64,000 bases of DNA from Macrostomum lignano (Eukaryota), in the NCBI GenBank assembly GCA_002269645.1, contig NIVC01003020.1, positions 1-64,000 of the forward strand, in the 5' to 3' direction. The position numbers were made by a program, and so were the translations under genes. The notes beneath the pieces were generated by a model. That model saw only the letters and a program-made list of their open reading frames with translations, did not search any database and was not told where the DNA came from. Shown piece after piece: positions 49,457-60,619 of the stretch; the stretch's first letter is position 1, and each line of letters opens with the position of its first letter.

Positions 49457-50579
49457 CTACTGCTGGTGGGGCTTTCAAATTCTTGCCCGTGTGACGCACA
49501 GCTATGATTAACCGGAAGCTCCGGAACTGTAACTGTAAGACAGTACAAAATGCTTGCCTAGACTTACTAAACTCTCAAAATAAAAGCTTTATGTCAAAGT
49601 CTGCCGCGCCGAAACTTGTGTGCAACTTTTAATCGATTGTATCCAAACAAATATGAGGTAATTTCTCTAATTCTCAGCTTTTTTCGATTGAAAACCTCTT
49701 ACTGATACGCCTTACGTCTCTCATAATAAAGAACAGATTTATACATAAACTAAAATATAAAAATTAAAACCGTACAAAGAGCACTGCAAGAGAGTCATTC
49801 ATCTTTCAGCCCTCAAATCGGAACCGCACGGTAATCAGTCCGTGATGCTTCTTAGTAAAACTTATTAAAAACATTTCCCTAGCTGTAACAATTCCGTTAC
49901 CTAGAAATAAAATAGCTTCGGTAAGCAAAATTGTTATCAAAAAGTAAGCTGCTTCACTAACGAATAAACGCTAAATAACGGAACGAGCCCAACTGGTCAG
50001 TACCGGATCGTCACAATTTGGGAAATGTGTTCTGTAAAGACTTACTGGTTAATCCTGGGACTCACATAAGCTAGCATGTACATGTACAGCAAAGAAGCAA
50101 TTATAAAAATGAAGCGGGACCATAAATACAGGGCTTTGCTAATAGCGGCAGGCTGCAGGCGACTGCTTAGCCAGTTTATTTCGAGACAGAACGCACAAGG
50201 GAAAATTGGAGTTGCAGACGCTGCAAACAGAGAAACAGTTTATAAAGCAGCTGGGGGGCGATCTCGAGCTCACACAGGCAGTCACTCAGGCAGTCACTCG
50301 AGCTAATAACCAATTGACATGCAGACCCATTTACCTTACTGCGTCATAAAAAAAAAAAATGAAAAATTGGTGAATAATTGACCACTGCTGATACGAAAGG
50401 CGCGTACGCAAAATGCAGTGCAAATTTGAGCTGCATGAATTTTCGTCAAAGGCCCTTCAGCAGAGATTTAAATGCAGTTGAAATTTATGATAAATTTAAA
50501 GGCTGTTTGTTTCCCTCACCATTAAAACTGCTTTGCACCGACATTCGGGTTCAACAGGCATTTCAGAATGTGCCTCTTA

Positions 50580-51530
50580 CAAGCAGTCAGGTGCAACAGC
50601 ACAGGCAGACACAAGCAGTCAGGTGCAACAGCACAGACAGCACAGACAGACTCACAACCAGTCAGGTGCAACAGCACAGACAGACTCACAAGCAGTCAGG
50701 TGCAACAGCACAGACAGACTCACAAGCAGTCAGGTGCAACAGCACGGGCAGACAGACTCACAAGCAGTCAGGTGCAACAGCACGGGCAGACAGACTCACA
50801 AGCAGTCAGGTGCAACAGCACAGGCAGACACAAGCAGTCAGGTGCAACAGCACAGATAGCACAGACAGACTCACAAGCAGTCAGATGCAACAGCACAGGC
50901 AGGCAGACTCACAAGCAGTCAGGTGCAACAGCACGGGCAGACTCACAAGCAGTCAGGTGCAACAGCACAGACAGCACAGACAGACTCACAACCAGTCAGG
51001 TGCAACAGCACAGACAGACTCACAAGCAGTCAGGTGCAACAGCACGGGCAGACTCACAAGCAGTGAGGTGCAACAGCACAGACAGACTCACAAGCAGTCA
51101 GGTGCAACAGCACGGGCAGACTCACAAGCAGTCAGGTGCAACAGCACGGGCAGACTCACAAGCAGTCAGGTGCAACAGCACGGGCAGGCAGACTCACAAG
51201 CAGTCAGGTGCAACAGCACAGACAGACTCACAAGCAGTCAGGTGCAACAGCACGGGCAGGCAGACTCACAAGCAGTCAGGTGCAACAGCACGGGCAGGCA
51301 GACTCACAAGCAGTCAGGTGCAACAGCACGGGCAGACAGACTCACAAGCAGTCAGGTGCAACAGCACAGGCAGGCAGACTCACAAGCAGTCAGGTGCAAC
51401 AGCACAGGCAGGCAGACTCACAAGCAGTCAGGTGCAACAGCACAGGCAGGCAGACTCACAAGCAAGTCAGGTGCAACAGCACGGGCAGACTCACAAGCAG
51501 TCAGGTGCAACAGCACAGGCAGACAGACTC
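50580..51530. repeat. 34-38-bp minisatellite
   Basis: Unit ACAAGCAGTCAGGTGCAACAGCAC[A/G]GGCAG(ACAG)ACTC, about 25 copies. Confidence 0.93.
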
Positions 51531-52184
51531 ACGCCAATCAAAACCTCGGGCTCGAGAAGTCCACTGAAATTTTAATCACGAAGCAACAAGTTGAGCATTG
51601 GCTCTGGGAGAAGCTGGTAGCCAAGGCTAATGCGCAGGTGCAAGGAGTACACAGACACAAATACTAATTAATATGTAATGAATGATATCTGAATATAGAG
51701 AGGCGACAAGCAAAAATGACACCAAGAGGGTGCAGGCTAAAGCAATGAGTTAATTTAATCAGAAAAAGGAACATGCATTTGTACAGTATACATAAATATT
51801 ATGACATGTACAAGCTGGACAAGTCTGCACAGGTGATAATAGGTAATGTTCTCAAAAATCTAGCTAGATCTCCCCACGCTAAATCAGAAATGCCTTGATT
51901 GTGTCGTGTATAAGACGCTGCGGATAAAACAATTTTATGTGTAAAACAAGTTTTCCCGAGATTTAAGTCCAAATAAAAATTAACTGCAATATGCGTTCCG
52001 CCTACTTCCAGTAGGGAGAATTAGGGGCTAAAATATAGAAATGCCTTGACTCTCAAGTTCCAGAGAAGTGTAATCTGATAAGCGGCCATTATGGGCCGGA
52101 AAGGGGCTGGCATGGCATTTGCAGGCACACAGCTGGAGGCGATAGCAACAGGGGAACTAACTGTTCTGCACATGAGCGAGTCAC

Positions 52185-55100
52185 TCAGTCCGGGTGCGTG
52201 TAGCGGAAGGTGAGGTTGATGCGAGAGGCGGTGGGGCTGTTGAAGGCCAGCTGGTCCTTGGGCACCGAGTGCAGCCAGTGCACCTGCATGGCACCCCGCA
52301 TCACCAGCAGCGAGCCGTGCCGCAGCGGCAGCCGCAGGTGGCGGCCCCATTCGTTCAGCTGGCGGAATTTCGGCTGAATTCGCTTCGTTTTCACCTCGAA
52401 CTGGCGCTCGTAGCCCAGGGAGATGGAGGCGATCAGGGGGTACCGGCCTAGCGACTTCTCATCGTCCGCGTGCCAGCCGATCGAGTCTCTGCCCGACCTG
52501 TGGGGAGCGGGCTTGGGATGCTGATCCCACTGGGTCACGGGTTTCTGATCCCACTGGATCACGGGATCCTGATCCCACTGGGTCACGGGATGCTGATCCC
52601 ACTGGATCACGGGATGCTGATCCCACTGGGTCACGGGATCCTGATCCCACTGGGTCACAGATGCTGATCCCACTGGATCACGGGATGCTCATCCCACTGG
52701 GTCACGGGATGCTCATCCAACTGGGTCACGGGATCCTGATCCCACTGGGTCACGGGATGCTGATCCCACTGGGTCACGGGATGCTCATCCCACTGGATCA
52801 CAGGATGCTCATCCCCCTGGGTCACGGGATGCTGATCCAACTGGGTCACGGGATGCTGATCCAACTGGGTCACGGGATGCTGATCCAACTGGGTCACGGG
52901 ATGCTGATACAACTGGGTCACGGGATGCTGATCCCACTGGGTCACGGGATGCTGATCCAACTGGGTCACGGGATGCTGATCCAACTGGGTCACGGGATGC
53001 TGATCCCACTGGGTCACGGGATGCTGATCCAACTGGGTCACGGGATGCTGATCCAACTGGGTCACGGGATGCTGATCCAACTGGGTCACGGGATGCTGAT
53101 CCAACTGGGTCACGGGATGCTGATCCAACTGGGTCACGGGATGCTGATCCAACTGGGTCACGGGATCCTGATCCCACTGGGTCACGGGATGCTGATCCCA
53201 CTGGGTCACGGGATGCTGATCCAACTGGGTCACGGGATGCTGATCCCACTGGGTCACGGGATGCTGATCCAACTGGGTCACGGGATGCTGATTTAACTGG
53301 GTCACGGGATGCTGATCCCACTGGGTCACGGGATGCTCATCCCACTGGGTCACGGGATGCTCATCCCACTGGGTCACGGGATCCTGATCCCACTGGGTCA
53401 CGGGATGCTGATCCCACTGGGTCACGGGATGCTCATCCCACTGGATCACAGGATGCTCATCCCCCTGGGTCACGGGATGCTGATCCAACTGGGTCACGGG
53501 ATGCTGATCCAACTGGGTCACGGGATGCTGATCCAACTGGGTCACGGGATGCTGATCCAACTGGGTCACGGGATGCTGATCCAACTGGGTCACGGGATGC
53601 TGATCCCACTGGGTCACGGGATGCTGATCCAACTGGGTCACGGGATGCTGATCCAACTGGGTCACGGGATGCTGATCCAACTGGGTCACGGGATGCTGAT
53701 CCCACTGGGTCACGGGATGCTGATCCCACTGGGTCACGGGATGCTGATCCAACTGGGTCACGGGATCCTGATCCCACTGGGTCACGGGATGCTGATCCCA
53801 CTGGGTCACGGGATGCTGATCCCACTGGGTCACGGGATGCTGATCCAACTGGGTCACGGGATGCTGATCCAACTGGGTCACGGGATGCTGATCCCACTGG
53901 GTCACGGGATGCTGATCCAACTGGGTCACGGGATGCTGATCCAACTGGGTCACGGGATGCTGATCCCACTGGGTCACGGGATGCTGATCCCACTGGATCA
54001 CGGGATCCTGATCCCGCTGGATCACGGGATGCTGATCCCCCTGGGTCACGAGATGCTGATCCCGCTGAGTTACAGGATGATGAAGCCGTTACCTGTACAG
54101 GTTGCACAGCAGAGAGTTGAAGCTCGCATCCAGATTGTGCACCAGCCGGTCCTTGATGTCGGCGAGCAGGGGGTGCCACACGTGATTGGCCTGCAGCTCT
54201 ACACCCGAGTAGGTGTAGGGGACGCCGAACCAGCAGGTGAGCCGGGGCTCCCTGTGGTACTCGCCGCGCACCAGGGTGTCTCTCTGGCGCCACTCCAGCT
54301 CGTTCAGCAGCACCTGGAACAGATTGTCAGCCTCGGGCTTGGACAGGAAGTTGGGAAAATAGGAGATGCTGGAGTCGGGCTCGTGATAGTGCTTGCTGAG
54401 CAGCAGGTTGCCGCCGAGCTGCAAGAATTCGTCTGGCAGGTCAGCGGGCTGCTCCGCGTCAGAGCTGCGGTCGCCGGGGGTCCCGACCGCTGCGCTGTTG
54501 CCGCCGCGGCTGCCGCCGTCGCCTTCCTTGCCAGCGATGGACATCGGCGGCGGCGGCACGGAAAAGTTCATGGCGACAAGCGGCGGCGACAGAATGGTCG
54601 GCGTTGACAGAGCCGGAGCGCAGAAGCGGGCGGGAGGTGGCGACAGGAAGGCCTGCTGAGGCGGCGGGCTGTTGAAGGCGGCAAGCTGCGGAACAAAGTC
54701 AGCGGCCGACGGATTCAGCTGAAATTGCTGAGGCGCAGGCGCACCGAAGGGACTCGCCGCTGCCGTCACGGACGCCGATGTCGCTGGTGGGGGAGGCGGT
54801 GGCGGTGGCGGTGTTGGCGGCGGTGGCGCCTGAGCAGTTGACGGCTGCTGGGCGGGCGGCGGCCCAGCTGGCAGGGGGATCTGGGAGGCGAGGCTGGGCG
54901 ATCGGGCCCGCTCCCCGCGGCCGGTGCTGGGCATGGCGGGCCGCGGCCGGTCGCGCGAGTTTCCTTCCCGGTGACGCTGGCCGAGGGGGCTGTCGCTGCT
55001 GCTGCGGGCGCGCTTGCGTTGCTGCCGCTTCAGCGAATCTGGCGCCGGGGATGCCGACTTCGAGGACGAACGGCGGTGGCGCCGCTTCCGTTCGGAGGGG

Positions 55101-55252
55101 CTGCGGCCCCGCCGGCCCTCGCGCTTGGAGCTCTTGGACTTCTTCTCCTTCTTTTTGGACTTGTCTTTCTTTCGCTTGCTGCTGCGACTGGATGCGGCTC
55201 TGTCAGGCGAAGCGTCCTGCTGCTGCTGGGAGTCAGTTCTGTGCTTGCCCAT
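52185..55252 (-). CDS. ALKBH3: ALKBH3-like Fe(II)/2OG dioxygenase with long K/R/S- and Pro-rich N-terminal extension; exons 55252-54093 and 52497-52185; about 490 aa
   Basis: YFPNFLSKPEADNLFQVLLNELEWRQ, EPRLTCWFGVPYTYSG, FNSLLCNLYR|SGRDSIGWHADDEKSLG (HxD), IASISLG, HGSLLVMRG..WLHSVPK, RINLTFR. Phase-2 GT-AG intron; first ATG at 55252 (the ORF-track start is TTG). Confidence 0.9.
52515..54070. repeat. 24-bp intronic minisatellite (about 65 copies) with a 648-bp higher-order duplication
   Basis: Unit CTGGGTCACGGGATGCTGATCC[C/A]A. The rare variant block TGGATCACAGGATGCTCATCCCCC recurs at about 52793 and about 53441 (27 units apart). Confidence 0.95.
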
Positions 55253-55826
55253 GCGGCGGCTGCGGGACAAGCCGGGTTGCGAGAGTCATTGAGTGCAAGG
55301 CCTGTCAGCTAGAGTGAGAGCCAGAAAATGCAACTCTAATTTACTGCAGTCACTAATTTGATTTTCAAAGCAGAAAGGAAAAAAGTGATTGGACATTATA
55401 GCCAGGAAGATAAAACATACGAATTCGAAATATAAGGCCAGCAGCGAACTGTATTTAGCTCAATAATAAAATATATAGAATTTCGAAGCAAGTTTGCTGC
55501 CGAGAGGAAAATAGAGTAATCATTATTCACGGGTTTCACAGAGGGCGATTCACGAGAGTGGCGCTTAAAGAGCGTGCGAAAACGAGGCCAGGATGAACCA
55601 GAACAGACTCAAAAACAACTCCAATTCAGGGCTCAATCGGGCATCACTGCTTGGCCTACAATTGAGCTCAAGCTTTAGAGGAATAGAGGAATTAAGCTGA
55701 AGCTTCAAGATTCCAGATTTTCAAAAACCAATATCTGTTAGGTGAGCCATTCTTGAGCTTCAGAAAAGCAGCGGAGAGTGCATGGGAACATCCCACAGCT
55801 AATGGCTAAGGCACCGAGAAACTCCG

Positions 55827-57083
55827 TCATTGATCGTCACCGACCGACGCGGCCACCGAGATGTTGCACTCCGACCGCGATGCGCGCATCCGCAGCGGCG
55901 GCGTCCTTGCCAACACTGCGGACGCCGCTGCCGGGCCGTCTCCCCGGTCGTCTGGACGCTGCCGCTGGCTGACGGCGATGGACGCCGATCGCTGCAGCGC
56001 CCGAGCAGGTGTCGGCTGCGGCGCCGCGTGGACAAGTTCGAGGAGGCGCCGATTCTCCCTCTCCAAAGTGTCCAGGCGCTCCGCGTGCAAGCGGTTCGCG
56101 TCCGGACCCACGTGAAGGAGGCCGTACATAAGGCGGAGAACGTAGCCAGAGCGCAGCAGCAAGAAAAGCGTGGGCAAGAACAGTAAGATGAAGGTGATGC
56201 CGACAGAGTGCCAGATTGGCAGGCCCTCAATCAGGTGCCGGTAGCCCAGATTTAACGTCTTCATCAGCTGCACCAGACGGTTCAATAGGATGTTTGCCAG
56301 AAGGTCGAATGCCGCCTCCAGCGGATTGACATCCCAGAAGGGATCAACTGCCAGTGCTTCTAGCTGCTTTAGACACTCGTCTTTGGGCGGAGCGACGCGC
56401 ATTGTGCCGGCGAACCACAGGCTGATGGACTCAAGGATGCTCAGACTTTGTCCCGAGGGCCGACAATTCAGGCTGGTCACTGCATGCTGTCGCTGGGCGA
56501 GCGCCAGCCGGTACGACCGGATATAGTTCACCGCCCAGCTGGAGATAAACCCTGCGGCAAACAGCTGCCATGCGCTAACACGGCGCAACACAATCCAGCA
56601 GAATGCGGCCACCCCACAAAAAGCCACAATTGCGAGCACCAGCCAATCCGAGTCAAACAGGCGCCACCATCGATGGCTGCTGCCGGCTTCACTCGCAGGC
56701 TGCAGGTTGGCAAACAGTGCCAGAAGCAGCTCGTTCGCGTCTTGCAGTTGCTCAACGCCGGGCTCGTCAAGTTCGGCAGCTGCCTTCAAACGGCGCAGAC
56801 TGGCATCATCGAGCATCCAGCCGCTGCCGAGGCCGAGCGGCACTCTGGCATCGTCTGGCGGATCCAGCGACTCAAACTGGCGAGAAACAATCCGATGGAG
56901 CCGGCGCACCAGAATGAGGTAGTAGGTGCGGTAGGCTGCAGCCTGAGCTGCCCGCGACTCTGACTCAGGCTGAGCCAACGGTTGCTGCTCAGTCTCGGCC
57001 TTGTTAAGCCCGTACGGATCGTACAGGCTGTCAGCAGCTGCCTGCTGCAGGAGCAGGATCAGCAGAGCAAAGTGCGCCAGCAT
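55827..57083 (-). CDS. CLCC1: CLCC1/MCLC-like ER membrane protein, copy 1 (about 418 aa)
   Basis: Signal peptide MLAHFALLILLLQQAAA and three hydrophobic segments. WAVNYIRSYRLALAQRQ...C...W...KDECLKQLEALAVDPFWDVNPLEA parallels the conserved CLCC1 luminal segment (WNWMYLYKLAFAQHQ...[20 protein letters not shown]), by recall. Confidence 0.68.
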   Translation of the reverse strand: MLAHFALLILLLQQAAADSLYDPYGLNKAETEQQPLAQPESESRAAQAAAYRTYYLILVRRLHRIVSRQFESLDPPDDARVPLGLGSGWMLDDASLRRLKAAAELDEPGVEQLQDANELLLALFANLQPASEAGSSHRWWRLFDSDWLVLAIVAFCGVAAFCWIVLRRVSAWQLFAAGFISSWAVNYIRSYRLALAQRQHAVTSLNCRPSGQSLSILESISLWFAGTMRVAPPKDECLKQLEALAVDPFWDVNPLEAAFDLLANILLNRLVQLMKTLNLGYRHLIEGLPIWHSVGITFILLFLPTLFLLLRSGYVLRLMYGLLHVGPDANRLHAERLDTLERENRRLLELVHAAPQPTPARALQRSASIAVSQRQRPDDRGDGPAAASAVLARTPPLRMRASRSECNISVAASVGDDQ

Positions 57084-58740
57084 TGACTGCAAATTCAATA
57101 CATCATAGCAAATCAATTGGTTTAAACAAACCCATGCTTTTTTATCTTCCTAACTAGATAAAACATAATCGAATTACCAGCTTCAAGTTGCCTATTATTC
57201 ACAAACACTTCTCGTTGTTCCTCGATTATAAGTTATATACTGGAAATTATATAGAACTATTCTCTTGGCTTGGCCGTGGCGTACAGAGTCTAGTAATTGC
57301 TAAGAAAACAACTTTACTGCACTTAGCCACACTTGAAATTCTCCATACTGCCAGTAGCTACTAACGGGCACACACTTATAATATTCCATAGAAAGCAGCA
57401 ACAAAAGCATTGAACTTGAAGACCACCTTATAATCAAACTGGTTTCTGTTTCCTTTAAGAGAACAGACAGCAAAAAGCTGAATAATAAATACAGATAGCG
57501 AATAAATATGTCCATTGCAACAAGCGCTTTTGACTATTGAAAAGAAAATATAAAAGGCACTTTGTATGAACGTCAGCGGATATACGCTTTCAAATGTGAA
57601 TTTTAAAAGTTCAAATTGATAAAACTTGTAGAATTTAAATCATTTTAAATGTATTGCGTCAGAGTTGTTAGTATGCCCCGCCATTCAAAGTGCCTGATAC
57701 CCAATGGGAGAGGGTAGTCTAACAAGATTCTATTAGCAAAACAAATAAAGTTCACGAAATGGCTACAGACCATAAATAAGGTATACAAATCGAAAAAATG
57801 AATAAAGTTTAAAGACTGCAAAACCATTAGAAAATCAAGAAAAAGTTATTATAAAAGATCACACGAGTGCAACGAGATCTAGGTTTAAAGATAAATAATA
57901 GCAAGCTGAATCCGCAACAAAATCGCAGGTCACAGGTTATACAGGTTATATAAGGCCAGCCAGCGTTATTGATCGTAAAAACACTGAACTGTATTTAGCT
58001 CAGTAATAAAATATAAAAAATTTCGAAACAAGTTTGCTGCCAGGAGAAAAAAAAAAGTACTATTGACGGGTTTCACAGGGGCGATTCACGAGGGTGGCGC
58101 TTGGAGAGCGTGCAAAAACGAGGCCAGTACGAACGAGCGCAGACTAAAAAGCAACTCCAATTCGATCAAGGCTCTTAACCGGGCATCAATGCTTGGCCCA
58201 CAACTGAGCTCAAGCTATAGAGGGATAGAGAAAATAGAGGAAATAAGCTCAAGATTTAGAGGTATGAAGGAATAGAAAAAATAGAGGAAATAAGCTTAAG
58301 ATCCAAGACTCAAGCTTTTCCAAAAACCACTTTGACAGATCTCCAGCAAAGCAGTGGCAAGAGCATGGGATGGACGCCGATCGCTGCAGCGCCAGAGTAG
58401 GCGTCGGCTGCGGCGCTGAATGGACAAGCTCGAGGAGGCGCCTGTCGTATCGCATGACTCAGCGAATGTACACTGAGTACATTCATTTTTATTGATTGAC
58501 AGACCAATTTTTCATTGAGCGTAGTGACTGATTCTCTCTTAGCATGTGTGCATTTGTTTAACCAAACCTTGGTGCTTTAAGCGTGTCATGCAATGTAGGC
58601 AGGTGATATTGAAATCTAATAGCAATGTTGAATTTTTCATACGTTCGTTTTTATCAAATATGTAAATATCGGCTTGTGAGCTTTAAAGCTCAAGTTTTTA
58701 TTTACGAACGTATTGCACTAAACAAACGAACTAGAGATGT

Positions 58741-59736
58741 TTAGCGCGAATTCTTCCTCTTCAAAGGGTTCAATCGATCCACGTGCAGGAGGATGTTCAT
58801 AAAGCGCAGCAGCAAGAAAAGCGTTGGCAAGAAGAGCAAGAGGAAGGCGATGCCGACGGAGTACCAGATTGGCAGGTCCTCAATCAGGTGTCGGTAGCTC
58901 ACATTTATCGCCTGCATCAGCTGCACCAGACAGTTAAATACGATATTTCCCAGCAGATCGAATGCCACCTCCAGCGGATTGACATTCCAAAAGGGATCAA
59001 CTGCCAGTGCTTCTAGCTGCTTCAGACACTCGTCTTTGGGCGGAGCGACGCGCATTGTGCCGGCGAACCACAGGCTGATGGACTCAAGGATGCTCAGATT
59101 TTGTCCCGAGGGCCGACAATTCAAGCTGGTCACTGCATGCTGTCGCTGGGCCTGCGCTAGCCGGTACAACCGGATATAGTTCACCGCCCAGCTGAAGATA
59201 AACCCTGCGGCAAACAGCTGCCAAGCGCTAACACGGCGCAACACAATCCAGCAGAATGCGGCCACCCCACAAAAAGCCACAATTGCGAGCACCAGCCAAT
59301 CCGAGTCAAACAGGCGCCACCATCGATGGCTGCTGCCGGCTTCACTCGCAGGCTGCAGGTTGGCAAACAGTGCCAGAAGCAGCTCGTTCGCGTCTTGCAG
59401 TTGCTCAACGCCGGGCTCGTCAAGTTCGGCAGCTGCCTTCAAACGGCGCAGACTGGCATCATCGAGCATCCAGCCGCTGCCGAGGCCGAGCGGCACTCTG
59501 GCATCGTCTGGCGGATCCAGCGACTCAAACTGGCGAGAAACAATCCGATGGAGCCGGCGCACCAGAATGAGGTAGTAGGTGCGGTAGGCTGCAGCCTGAG
59601 CTGCCCGCGACTCTGACTCAGGCTGAGCCAACGGTTGCTGCTCAGTCTCGGCCTTGTTAAGCCCGTACGGATCGTACAGGCTGTCAGCAGCTGCCTGCTG
59701 CAGGAGCAGGATCAGCAGAGCAAAGTGCGCCAGCAT
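58741..59736 (-). CDS. CLCC1: CLCC1/MCLC-like copy 2 (tandem paralog, C-terminally truncated, about 331 aa)
   Basis: Nearly identical to copy 1 over the N-terminal two thirds; diverges after DPFW and stops at LKRKNSR*. A remnant of the original C-terminus (RRLLELVHSAPQPTPTLALQRSASI) lies at about 58370-58445. Confidence 0.65.
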   Translation of the reverse strand: MLAHFALLILLLQQAAADSLYDPYGLNKAETEQQPLAQPESESRAAQAAAYRTYYLILVRRLHRIVSRQFESLDPPDDARVPLGLGSGWMLDDASLRRLKAAAELDEPGVEQLQDANELLLALFANLQPASEAGSSHRWWRLFDSDWLVLAIVAFCGVAAFCWIVLRRVSAWQLFAAGFIFSWAVNYIRLYRLAQAQRQHAVTSLNCRPSGQNLSILESISLWFAGTMRVAPPKDECLKQLEALAVDPFWNVNPLEVAFDLLGNIVFNCLVQLMQAINVSYRHLIEDLPIWYSVGIAFLLLFLPTLFLLLRFMNILLHVDRLNPLKRKNSR

Positions 59737-60619
59737 TGACTGCAAATTCGATACATCATAGCAAATCAATTGGTTTAAACAAACCCATGCTTTTTATTTT
59801 CCTAACTAGATAAAACAAGAATCAAATTGTCAGCTTATTAAGTTGTATTGGAACTTTAAGTTATAGTGGAAATTATACACCAAATCTCATTTCTTGGCTC
59901 AGCCAGTCAAGACCATGGTAGTTTAGTAATTGAACATTTTACTGCTTAGCCGCACTTTGAAATTATCTCTACTGTCAGTAGCTACATAAACATCCGCATT
60001 TACTCCAGAGAAAGCAGCAGACACGTAATAAAATTGAAGACCGCCTTAAATCAAATAGTTTTGCGCCTCTTCTAAGCTATCAGACTGCAAATAACCGCAG
60101 AATAAATACAGATAGTGAATAAATATGTCCATTGTGACAAGACTCTGTCTGAACGGCAGTGAGCATACGAATTAAAATGGGTATTTTAAAGTGCGAATCG
60201 ATACAACTTTTAGAATTTAAATATTTTTTATGTCTTACTTGTGAGTTACTAGTATGTCCTGCCATTCAAAGTGCCTCATACACAATGGGAGAGAGTAGTC
60301 TAACACGATCCGAATAGCCATAGAATAGAAGATAAATTAAGTTTAAAATGATTGCAGAGCCATCAGAAAATTGTGAAAATAATTATATTAGAAAAAATGC
60401 TAATCACAAGCGTGCTAAGCATGAAAAGAAAGCAAATCATGTGAGTGCAACGAGATCCAGGGACAAGAGCAAGCTGAATCCGACGAAATTACAGGTTATT
60501 CATAAAATATCTATGAAAACTTGGTGTTGCAGGACTCGAAAACAATACGCAATAAGAGCAATTAGGCTGAACCGACAAACGTTTGCTTCCAAAAATAAAA
60601 AGTTTCCACACTACCAGCA

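Larger units (their letters stand above)
55430..60500. repeat. Tandem segmental duplication, unit about 2.6 kb (about 55430-57900 and about 57950-60500)
   Basis: Homologous 3' flanks (ACTGTATTTAGCTCA[A/G]TAATAAAATATA at about 55448 and about 57988) and 5' flanks (AATAAATACAGATAG[C/T]GAATAAATATGTCCATTG at about 57484 and about 60101). Confidence 0.85.

Noticed and set aside
50378-51667. Long ORFs through the 34-38-bp array; likewise those at 21122-22055, 46842-47738 and 12865-13355
   Set aside because: Artefacts of tandem repeats.
52655-54607. 464-aa DQHPVTQ and 432-aa MLIPLGHG ORFs
   Set aside because: Translations of the 24-bp array inside the GT-AG intron of ALKBH3.
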